Assembly: GCA_902634185.1 (NCBI GenBank)
Contig: CACPJC010000002.1
Coordinates: 128,001-192,000, forward strand
Reading direction: 5' to 3'
DNA from: an uncultured Candidatus Actinomarina sp.
Lineage (GTDB): Bacteria > Actinomycetota > Acidimicrobiia > Actinomarinales > Actinomarinaceae
DNA length: 64,000 nt
Below, piece by piece: positions 36,340-44,267 of this stretch. Positions within the stretch are counted from its first letter, which is position 1; every line of letters begins with the position of its first letter. Both the position numbers and the translations under genes were made by a program. The notes under the pieces were generated by a model that was not told where the DNA came from, did not search any database, and saw only the letters and a list, made by a program, of their open reading frames with translations.

Positions 36340-37722
36340 TTATTTTATTCTGTTGTAAAGCAGTGTGCCAATTATAGAGAATATAAAACCTACACCAAAA
36401 GTATTTAAGTCAGCCAGTCCATAAATGTCAGTTGGTATAAACAACCCCCCAGGATTTACATTTAGATCAACATAATAAAATCTATATAATATTGATGAAA
36501 CAAATCCTAGTGAAAATGGAACCACAATTCCTTGACTTGTTTTTCTCATTCGGATTTTATAAAACGCTGGAAAAACCAAACATACTGCTAGTAAATCAGC
36601 AAATAAAAAAACTGAAAAAATATTTGTAACAAAAAACGACAAGGTTAAAGATCCAAATGTTATAACCAGAGTGATTATTTTTGCTTCAGCAACACCACTT
36701 TTGACAATATCTAAAGCCATTGTTGATGATATTGCGCTTTGTAGTGAGTCGATACTTGATGCAACCAACATTGTGCAAAGGCCTATAACAAGTATTCTTG
36801 AGAAACTATTTAATTGTATTTGTTGAATAAAACTTAATGATGGGTTCTCAATTCCAAAACCAGCACCTGACGATCCAGCAATTCCAAGTATTAGTACAGT
36901 TAAAAAACATCCAAGACCTGCAAAAATTGAAGATTTTTTTATTACGCTATTGTCTAATGCTGAGTAAGTTCTTTGCCAGTAACCTTGTGAAAAAATTTCA
37001 GCTGCAGTCACTGCAAGGATAACTGCAACAGCAGATTTAAAGCTTGGAAGTGTGAATGAATTAAGTCCTCCAATGTTTGCTGCTTTTATAATTTCTCCTA
37101 AACCGTTTTGACTAACCCACAGAGAAAAAACTATAAATAATAGAATAATTATCGAGATCCCCTGAAATCTATCAGTAATTAAAGATGCTTTGAAACCGGA
37201 CAAGTTTAAATATAGGAATGTGACTAGTGCTATTGCTATACAAACAATTAGGCCTGAAGTGTTAGATATCTCTGGAAAAAGAAAGTTGATTGATGCAAAT
37301 TCAGCAATTAAAAAAGCTGACATATAGATGATTGCAACTAATGAAACAAAAATTTGTGCAAAATTACCGTATTGTTTGTTTATATATTGAGGTAGTGTTG
37401 CCTTATCTGGTACAGCTTCAACAATTTTAGGACCCAGAAAATAAAGCAGTCCAAAAGGTGTTGCAGCTGAAATAGCGTAACCTATTACATCAAAACCTAA
37501 ACCATACCAGCCGACCTCCGCTGGAGAAGCAATAATCCAAAGTCCCATACCACTTGCGTAAAAGCTAAGACTCAAATTGAAAGTATTTTGAGATTTTAAC
37601 ATCACAAAATATCCATCCCCAACTTCTTTATTTGAAAGTCTTCTTGTTAAAACAAGAAATAGTAAAAGGATGAAAAAAATTAAAATATAATTTATTAAAA
37701 CATCTGCACTAATTTGCACCAT
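36340..37722 (-). CDS. sodium:solute symporter, probable thiamine/precursor (ThiV-like) transporter
   Basis: About 13 TM, SSS motifs (QGYWQR, SSIDS); TPP riboswitch upstream. Confidence 0.8.
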   Translation of the reverse strand: MVQISADVLINYILIFFILLLFLVLTRRLSNKEVGDGYFVMLKSQNTFNLSLSFYASGMGLWIIASPAEVGWYGLGFDVIGYAISAATPFGLLYFLGPKIVEAVPDKATLPQYINKQYGNFAQIFVSLVAIIYMSAFLIAEFASINFLFPEISNTSGLIVCIAIALVTFLYLNLSGFKASLITDRFQGISIIILLFIVFSLWVSQNGLGEIIKAANIGGLNSFTLPSFKSAVAVILAVTAAEIFSQGYWQRTYSALDNSVIKKSSIFAGLGCFLTVLILGIAGSSGAGFGIENPSLSFIQQIQLNSFSRILVIGLCTMLVASSIDSLQSAISSTMALDIVKSGVAEAKIITLVITFGSLTLSFFVTNIFSVFLFADLLAVCLVFPAFYKIRMRKTSQGIVVPFSLGFVSSILYRFYYVDLNVNPGGLFIPTDIYGLADLNTFGVGFIFSIIGTLLYNRIK

Positions 37723-37755
37723 TACCTCATTTCGTAAATGGGATAAGAGTACCGA

Positions 37756-37836
37756 ATATCCCTTCGTTAGAATTACCTAACAGGTTCATACGGTCGGTTT
37801 TTAACCCTCTCAGCTCTACTGCTCCCGTTAGTCATA
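37756..37836 (-). promoter_or_regulatory. TPP riboswitch
   Basis: Minus strand GGGAGC..GCTGAGA..GACCG.ATGAACCTG.TAGGTAAT.CTAACGAAGGGA. Confidence 0.9.
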
Positions 37837-37894
37837 TATTAGTTTAAATTTTGAATAAACAACCTATCTATAATTTATTATTAACATCTCAATA

Positions 37895-38803
37895 ATGAAA
37901 AATAATAATCTTCATCAAAAACCCTCTTTAATTCAAACAATTTCAGCTGTTTTAACTGCAGGTGTAATGTGGGGATCTGGAAATGTAATTATAAGAAGTC
38001 TTTTATTAGAAGGGCTTAATGAAATTTTCCTTGTAACTGCGAGAGTACTAATAATTGGTACACTACTTTTTTCATATTATATTATTTTCAATAAAGATAA
38101 ATTTAATAAACAACTTCTTAAAGAAGCTTCATTTACTGGATTGGCCTCAATATTTTTTGTTAGTTGGGCATTTATATTCGCACTACAATATATCTCATCT
38201 GGTCTTGTCACTCTATTAATAAGCTCAGCACCAATTTTTACGGCAATGTGGGTTAAGCTTATTTTAAAAGAAGAAAAGATATCAAAACTAAAATATTTAT
38301 CAGTTGTTGTTGGATTTTCAGGCATAGCATATTTGTTTATTTCACAAGAAACTGGACTACTTAATCAAGGAAATATTTTTTTAGGAGGATCATTAGCATT
38401 TCTTGGCGTCCAATGTATTGCTCTTGCTACAGTCCTAAATCGAAAATATGCACCAAGGTATAAGGTAAACAGTTGGCTCACATTTCAGTATCCACTTGTA
38501 ATAATTTTGACTTTGCTTACATTCTTTATTTCCGGTGTAGGTATAGATGTCTTAAATCTATCTCAGCTTTTGAGATTAGTAGCACTTGTTGTATGTAATC
38601 TTGGAGCTTTTCTTTCATTTACATGGCTTATTCAAAGAGTTAGTGCTTTGCAAGTGGCAAGTATTGACTACTTAGTACCCGTGGTTGGTGTTACAGCAGG
38701 GGTTCTATTTTTAGGAGAGACCTTTAACAGAAATATATTGATATCAAGCCTATTTATTTTTGCTTCTCTGTTGTTAACAACCAAGGATGAATTTTCAAAT
38801 TAA
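37895..38803 (+). CDS. EamA/DMT family transporter
   Basis: 10 TM, MWG.., SSAPIF, PVVGV..G..FLGE. Confidence 0.85.
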   Translation: MKNNNLHQKPSLIQTISAVLTAGVMWGSGNVIIRSLLLEGLNEIFLVTARVLIIGTLLFSYYIIFNKDKFNKQLLKEASFTGLASIFFVSWAFIFALQYISSGLVTLLISSAPIFTAMWVKLILKEEKISKLKYLSVVVGFSGIAYLFISQETGLLNQGNIFLGGSLAFLGVQCIALATVLNRKYAPRYKVNSWLTFQYPLVIILTLLTFFISGVGIDVLNLSQLLRLVALVVCNLGAFLSFTWLIQRVSALQVASIDYLVPVVGVTAGVLFLGETFNRNILISSLFIFASLLLTTKDEFSN

Positions 38804-39378
38804 AAGCTATCGTATACCTTTTTAACTTTTTTTAAATCTTGCCAAGTTAACCATTTTGGTTTACCAGGTTCTTTTGACGGATTTCTTAAAAGATATGATG
38901 GGTGAAAAATTGGCATCACTTTGATATCATCTTTTTCAATCCATTCGCCTCTAATTTTGGATATTGGTTGTTTTATATTGAGAAAAGACTCAACAGCTGT
39001 AGATCCTGCAAGCACAATAATTTTAGGATCTAAAAAATCGATTTGTTTATCAAGCCAAGGAATGCAAGACTTGACTTCTTCTAAAGACGGTTTTCTATTG
39101 TTAGGAGGTCTACATTTCACAATATTTGTAATATAACAATCTTCTAGAGGATCAATTTCGACTGAGTTAAGAGCTGAATCCAACATTTTTCCAGCTCTAC
39201 CTACAAAAGGAAAACCAGTAATATCCTCTTGTTCCCCCGGCCCTTCACCGATTATTAAAATTTCTGCATCAGGATTACCTTTTGCTACTACTACATTGGT
39301 TCTAGTTTCTGAGAGTGAACACTCTTTACACTTCCTGCATTCTTTATGAAGCAGTTCCAATCGATTTTTTGAAGTCAT
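38800..39378 (-). CDS. family 4 uracil-DNA glycosylase
   Basis: CxxC, GEGPG, PFVGRAG, KCRPPNNR, HPSYLLR. Confidence 0.93.
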   Translation of the reverse strand: MTSKNRLELLHKECRKCKECSLSETRTNVVVAKGNPDAEILIIGEGPGEQEDITGFPFVGRAGKMLDSALNSVEIDPLEDCYITNIVKCRPPNNRKPSLEEVKSCIPWLDKQIDFLDPKIIVLAGSTAVESFLNIKQPISKIRGEWIEKDDIKVMPIFHPSYLLRNPSKEPGKPKWLTWQDLKKVKKVYDSF

Positions 39379-39539
39379 ATCAAAATATTAATATAAATTA
39401 TTTTTGTGAACGCCCCAGTTCTTCATAACTGGGGAGTTTTTGTATACCAACAACTTTAAGGGAGTAGCGTAGTATTTAATTTAATTATGAATTATTGAAT
39501 TAAATAGAAGTTAAACAAAAGAACAATGTTAGTAAAAAT

Positions 39540-39610
39540 GAGAAAACCCTTGAATACTCCGCTTGTTTTGTTGCCAAAACTCACTTCTTCAAGGGTTATC
39601 TCTTACCCTT
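39540..39610 (-). ncRNA. candidate structured RNA of unknown class
   Basis: 15-bp outer stem with one mismatch, inner GTTTTG-GCAA-CAAAAC hairpin, alternative pairing; see findings. Confidence 0.4.
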
Positions 39611-39712
39611 CTTGTAATGATCCTCTATAAAGATTTTCTTCACAAAAAGTTAATTTAAAGATAAATAAAATATTTAAAGATTTCAAAAAAAAATAATAAA
39701 TTTTTTCCCACT

Positions 39713-40639
39713 CTAATTCTTGTTCTTAACTTTTATATATATATTAAATAAACCAACTATGACAACAATTCCTAGAACAGCACTTAAAACAGTTGATAAA
39801 AAATTATTATTAATATTTGTAATTCCATAATCATCTAAAAACAAAACTATTCCAGATTCTTCATTAAAACCATAAGATTCTGCGACAGATTCAAGTCCAT
39901 CTGGCGACGATGATGCATATGGTGTGATCAATGTGAGTAATAAAATCAACAGGATAAATATTCCATAAAATGAAGTTGCATTATTTTTAATTTCTTTATT
40001 TTGATTAACATAGACTAAATCTGAGCGAACCCTTAAAAGTAAAGAAACAATCAATCCAGTAATGATTCCTTCTCCTATACCAATTAATACATGGCTTGAA
40101 ACCATTGCAATCAAAACACTTCCAAGTGGCACAGCGACTGTTCCTCCAATAGCGTATTCAAGCACAAAAGCTATTGATGAAAAAACAACTGACAATAAAC
40201 CAGCTATAAATGAACCAGAAATTATTGATGAGTAACTTTCATTAAATAATTTTTTCCATGTAGATATTACTAACCATCCAATAAGTGAAGTCACTACAGC
40301 CATATTAAGTAAATTTACACCGAGGGCACTTAAACCTCCGTCAGCAAAAAGAAGAGACTGTATGACAACAACAATAGAAATACAAATAATTCCAAGACTT
40401 GGTCCAAGTACAATTACTGCTAATGCACCTCCAAGAAGGTGACCACTAGTTCCAGCTGCAATTGGAAAATTGATCATCTGTAAAACAAAAATTAATGCTG
40501 ACATCATTCCTGTCAATGCTATTAATCGATCAGCAACTAAATTTTTTGCATTTCTTATATAAGCCCAAATAGTTCCAAGGCTAATCAATCCAGTTGCTGC
40601 AGATACTGGTGCGTTTATAAATCCGTCTGGTACGTGCAT
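39713..40639 (-). CDS. CbiM/NikM-type ECF S-component fused to PDGLE domain
   Basis: Starts MHVPDGF, GTSGHLLGG, ADGGLSALGVN, ASSSPDGLE. Confidence 0.9.
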   Translation of the reverse strand: MHVPDGFINAPVSAATGLISLGTIWAYIRNAKNLVADRLIALTGMMSALIFVLQMINFPIAAGTSGHLLGGALAVIVLGPSLGIICISIVVVIQSLLFADGGLSALGVNLLNMAVVTSLIGWLVISTWKKLFNESYSSIISGSFIAGLLSVVFSSIAFVLEYAIGGTVAVPLGSVLIAMVSSHVLIGIGEGIITGLIVSLLLRVRSDLVYVNQNKEIKNNATSFYGIFILLILLLTLITPYASSSPDGLESVAESYGFNEESGIVLFLDDYGITNINNNFLSTVLSAVLGIVVIVGLFNIYIKVKNKN

Positions 40640-40664
40640 ATAGAAAGTATAAAAAAAATTTAAG

Positions 40665-40687
40665 TTATTGCAAAGTTTTTGCAATAA
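40665..40687. promoter_or_regulatory. Fur-family (Zur/Nur-like) operator palindrome
   Basis: TTATTGCAAA-GTT-TTTGCAATAA over the -35 of a TTGCAA/TATACT promoter of the cbiM-like gene. Confidence 0.65.
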
Positions 40688-40693
40688 GAATGA

Positions 40694-41434
40694 TTAAACC
40701 AAATTGTTTTCCTTCAGCCAACTATGTATTTCACTTAAAACAAAAGGCCGAGTATCTTGATTTAAAATTTCATGTTTGGAATTTCTCACAGTTACAAATT
40801 TTACATTTGGCAGTTTTGACAAGTTTTCTCCAGATGAAATTGGAACTATCGTATCCCCATCTCCGTGAAGATATAAAGTATTAGTCTTGAGATTATTTAT
40901 ATTGTCATTTACAAAATTTTGAGATTCAATAGTCTCTCCCCCAAATCTTGCGGTTATGGATCTAAACACTAAAGGATCATCAAAGTAATCTTTTACGACC
41001 TGCTCGTCTGTTGATAAATTTCTTTTATTAGCTGATGATGGAACTCTTAAACGAGGAGTAAATTTTGACAATGATTTAGAAAGTGTCTTTATAAATTGTG
41101 GGTAATTATCTCCAAGACTTGGAGCTGATAAAATAAGAAAATCAGGATCGATGATACCTTTCAGTATGCAATGAAGCCCTACTTGACCACCGAAGGAAAT
41201 ACCAAAAACTAACTTAATATCGTTTTGATTTAATTTTTTGTAGGCTTGCTCAACAGAGTTTTCAATTTCATCCCATTTTTCGATATGTCCAAACACTTCT
41301 GTGTTATTACCATGACCAGGAAGATCCATTAAAAATGGTTCTATGTTTAAATTTTTAAACCATGACGCATTAATATCATGCCTTCCCTGATGTTCCCATA
41401 AGCCATGAATGAGGAGTATTCCTATTTTTTTCAA
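40694..41434 (-). CDS. alpha/beta hydrolase (lysophospholipase-like)
   Basis: LIHGLWEH, DLPGHG, GISFGG, HGDGD, HEIL; TTG 41434 likely start. Confidence 0.85.
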   Translation of the reverse strand: MKKIGILLIHGLWEHQGRHDINASWFKNLNIEPFLMDLPGHGNNTEVFGHIEKWDEIENSVEQAYKKLNQNDIKLVFGISFGGQVGLHCILKGIIDPDFLILSAPSLGDNYPQFIKTLSKSLSKFTPRLRVPSSANKRNLSTDEQVVKDYFDDPLVFRSITARFGGETIESQNFVNDNINNLKTNTLYLHGDGDTIVPISSGENLSKLPNVKFVTVRNSKHEILNQDTRPFVLSEIHSWLKENNLV

Positions 41435-41465
41435 ATTTTCCTTTTTAATCCTAAAATTAATAATA

Positions 41466-42185
41466 ATGAATTTAAGTTTTGTTAAAACGCCATTTACAAA
41501 TAAACCCACAATGACTTTGTATGACGGACCAATTTTTAATAAAAACCCCGATATCAAATATTTAAATGAAAAGAAAAAACAACTTGATTTATTTGGTAAC
41601 AAGTTATTTGGGGAAACAACTTTTTCAAAAGACAACAAACTGTTTGATAGATTTTTGGAATATTTTGAATTAGATCAAAATTTGTCTTTGTATGAAACAA
41701 CTCTTCTTTTTGAGGAAGACTTTGCAATAATGCACAATGGAAACATGGAAGTTGTTTCTGTTTGTTTTCCAAGTGGTTGGAAACCAAGACAAAAGCTTGG
41801 TAAATCGCTTTCAATGATTCACGAACCAGTTGCTGATAGTAAGAAATTGATTGAGGCAAGTGAAAGATTGTCACAATATATGACAAAACAAAAAATAAAA
41901 AGATGGGTATGGACCATCACTACAAATGACCAATTAAGTGAATACACTGAATTAGATAAACCAAAATTAACAACTTTCGATAATTTATATTTTAGAGTCG
42001 AAACACAAACATCGGCACCGATAGATGATGAAACAAGTATTTTTTTTATAAAAATAGAAGTGTTACCTTTGAAAGAAGTATGGAGTAAAAATATTTTAGA
42101 GAGTATAAATTCGATGTCAGATAATATTTTAAATTACAAAGGATTAGTAGAAATAAAAGAGCTACTAAATAGAATGAAATTATGA
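41466..42185 (+). CDS. DUF3445 / heme-dependent oxidative N-demethylase alpha-like protein
   Basis: EEDFAIM, VCFPSGW..KLG..IHEPV, FRVETQT. Confidence 0.75.
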   Translation: MNLSFVKTPFTNKPTMTLYDGPIFNKNPDIKYLNEKKKQLDLFGNKLFGETTFSKDNKLFDRFLEYFELDQNLSLYETTLLFEEDFAIMHNGNMEVVSVCFPSGWKPRQKLGKSLSMIHEPVADSKKLIEASERLSQYMTKQKIKRWVWTITTNDQLSEYTELDKPKLTTFDNLYFRVETQTSAPIDDETSIFFIKIEVLPLKEVWSKNILESINSMSDNILNYKGLVEIKELLNRMKL

Positions 42186-42601
42186 AAAAAGCATACATTG
42201 CTGGGCCTTTATTTGACGATCATGAGAGAGAGTACCTCGAAAAAATTGCAAAAATAGTTGAAAGCTATGGAATCTCAACTTTTGTTCCTCATAGAGATGC
42301 GGGATTAGTAACGGGTGATTTCACTTATGAAAAAAAGGTTAAAGTTTTTGATGTAGATATGGAATATTTAGAACCAGCAGATATTGTAATAGCTCTTTTA
42401 ACCGGGAGAGATGTTGATTCAGGTACTGCGGCGGAAATTGGTTATGCGTACAAAGCAGGGAAAAGATTGATAGGAATAAGTGCAAATACAATAAAACCAA
42501 TAAACAATTTTGTTTGGGGGATATTTAGTTATGGAAAAGATATTGTTGAGAGCTTGGATGATCTAAAAACACTTTTAGAAAAAGAATTTGGTGCATCATA
42601 G
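42182..42601 (+). CDS. nucleoside 2-deoxyribosyltransferase family
   Basis: YIAGPLF, DSGTAAEIGYA. Confidence 0.88.
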   Translation: MKKAYIAGPLFDDHEREYLEKIAKIVESYGISTFVPHRDAGLVTGDFTYEKKVKVFDVDMEYLEPADIVIALLTGRDVDSGTAAEIGYAYKAGKRLIGISANTIKPINNFVWGIFSYGKDIVESLDDLKTLLEKEFGAS

Positions 42602-42627
42602 ATGATTTATCTTTATCATTAATTTAT

Positions 42628-43578
42628 ATGCTAAGTAAAGAGGCACAAAAAAGTATAAAAAAATACAAATCGTATTCAGTATTTATTTCTTCCATGTATC
42701 AGAATCTTGATCGTATGAGCACTAGAAGAAGAAGATTTGTAAGATGGTTTGTGAATCTTCAAGGTGTAATAGGTCCTAAAAAAGAAGGCACATTAAAAGA
42801 AGAAGTTTACTTAGGTGGAATAAAAACATGGAAAGTTTCTACTCCAAACTCAGATCCTAATAGAATTTTTCTTTACTACCACGGTGGTGGATACTTTATG
42901 GGCAGTCCTAAATCCCATTATTCATTAGTTAGCTATCTTGCAGATATAACTAAAACTACGGTTTATATACCTGATTACAGATTAGGACCAGAGCACAAAT
43001 ATCCTGCTCAGCTAGAAGATGGAATGAGCACATTCATATCTTTAGTTGAAGAGCATGGATACGATCCTAGTCAGATATCTATTGGAGGAGACTCAGCTGG
43101 TGGAAATTTAGCTTTGATTACACTTTTAAAACTAAAAAAAGATGGAAAATATCTTCCTCGGGCTCTAGCTTTGCTTTCTCCTTGGGCGGATCCAGCTGGA
43201 ACAGGAGATTCGTACAATATGGATATGGCAGATAGAGATATTCTAATAGGACCAACAATGAAAAAAATATGGGAAAATAAACATAATCTTTATGATGGGT
43301 ACCTTAATGAAAAAGATGCAGATAGGGAAAATCCTCTCATATTCCCAATCAAAGGAGATTTTAAAGATTGTCCTCCCATAATGATACAGGTAGGTACAGA
43401 AGAGCTACTTTTGTCAGATTCACGAACACTTAAAGAAGCGTTTGAAAGAGATAACTGCATACATGAATATTTCGAATGGGAAGGTATGTATCATGTATTT
43501 CATATTGATGTGACAATGCCTGAGACTATTTCTGCATTTGAACAAATTGGCAAATTTCTAGAGAAACATGCATCATAA
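42628..43578 (+). CDS. HSL-family esterase
   Basis: HGGG, GDSAGG, HVF. Confidence 0.9.
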   Translation: MLSKEAQKSIKKYKSYSVFISSMYQNLDRMSTRRRRFVRWFVNLQGVIGPKKEGTLKEEVYLGGIKTWKVSTPNSDPNRIFLYYHGGGYFMGSPKSHYSLVSYLADITKTTVYIPDYRLGPEHKYPAQLEDGMSTFISLVEEHGYDPSQISIGGDSAGGNLALITLLKLKKDGKYLPRALALLSPWADPAGTGDSYNMDMADRDILIGPTMKKIWENKHNLYDGYLNEKDADRENPLIFPIKGDFKDCPPIMIQVGTEELLLSDSRTLKEAFERDNCIHEYFEWEGMYHVFHIDVTMPETISAFEQIGKFLEKHAS

Positions 43579-43609
43579 AAAATGAAATTTAAACAGGATT
43601 AAATTTAGT

Positions 43610-43777
43610 TTGAGTTTACTTGATGCATTTATAATTGGTTTTTCAATAATTTTTGGAATACTTCTAACTTTATCTTTTTCTGGTTTTGTTAAAAAAATAA
43701 AACCTTTTTTTATAGTTTTTACATTTTCCATAGCTTGGTTAAGCTCCTCTTTTCTAATTTATATAATTTTTAGATAA
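43610..43777 (+). CDS. 55-aa two-TM protein (unannotated)
   Basis: TTG start: MSLLDAFIIGFSIIFGILLTLSFSGFVKKIKPFFIVFTFSIAWLSSSFLIYIIFR fills the gap. Confidence 0.5.
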   Translation: MSLLDAFIIGFSIIFGILLTLSFSGFVKKIKPFFIVFTFSIAWLSSSFLIYIIFR

Positions 43778-43827
43778 TTACTGTTTGTTGTTTTCTTATT
43801 ATTTAATTTATTTACTAGATTGTTTTT

Positions 43828-44265
43828 GTGAGAAATATAAAAAGTTTTGATGATCTTGATATATTTGTGACTGAATTCATGTCAAAGTGGGGAGTTACAC
43901 TGTTAAGATATTCCCTTGGCATAATCTATATCTGGTTTGGTGCTCTAAAACCTTTGGGCTTAAGTCCGGCACAAGAGCTGGTTGAAAATACTGTATATTG
44001 GTTTGAAAACCCCAAGACATTTGTACCTATTTTAGGAATATGGGAAGTTGTTATTGGCATAACAATGATTATTAAGCCATTGATAAGAGTTTCAATAATT
44101 TTACTTTTTATTCAGATGCCAGGAACTTTTCTACCATTAGTTCTGTTTCCAGAGGTTTGTTTTACGAGCTTTCCATTTGGACTCACTCTTGAAGGGCAAT
44201 ATATTGTAAAGAATTTAATTATAATATCTGCAGCTTTAGTAGTTGGCTCAACTGTTAGGAAGTAA
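43828..44265 (+). CDS. DoxX/DUF417-like membrane protein
   Basis: LRYSLGIIYIWFGALK, TLEGQYIVKNL. Confidence 0.8.
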   Translation: MRNIKSFDDLDIFVTEFMSKWGVTLLRYSLGIIYIWFGALKPLGLSPAQELVENTVYWFENPKTFVPILGIWEVVIGITMIIKPLIRVSIILLFIQMPGTFLPLVLFPEVCFTSFPFGLTLEGQYIVKNLIIISAALVVGSTVRK

Positions 44266-44267
44266 CT

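Noticed and set aside
39526-39630. 34-aa plus-strand ORF MLVKMRKPLN...
   Set aside because: No protein features; the sequence is better explained by base-pairing
39540-39640. SRP RNA, lysine riboswitch or NiCo riboswitch
   Set aside because: Lacks the SRP CAGG/GGAA/AGCA core and the conserved junctions of those riboswitches; lies downstream of the cbiM-like gene
41409-41638. Long head-to-head overlap of the hydrolase and DUF3445 ORFs
   Set aside because: Artefact of longest-ORF start choice; likely starts at 41434 (-) and 41466 (+) do not overlap
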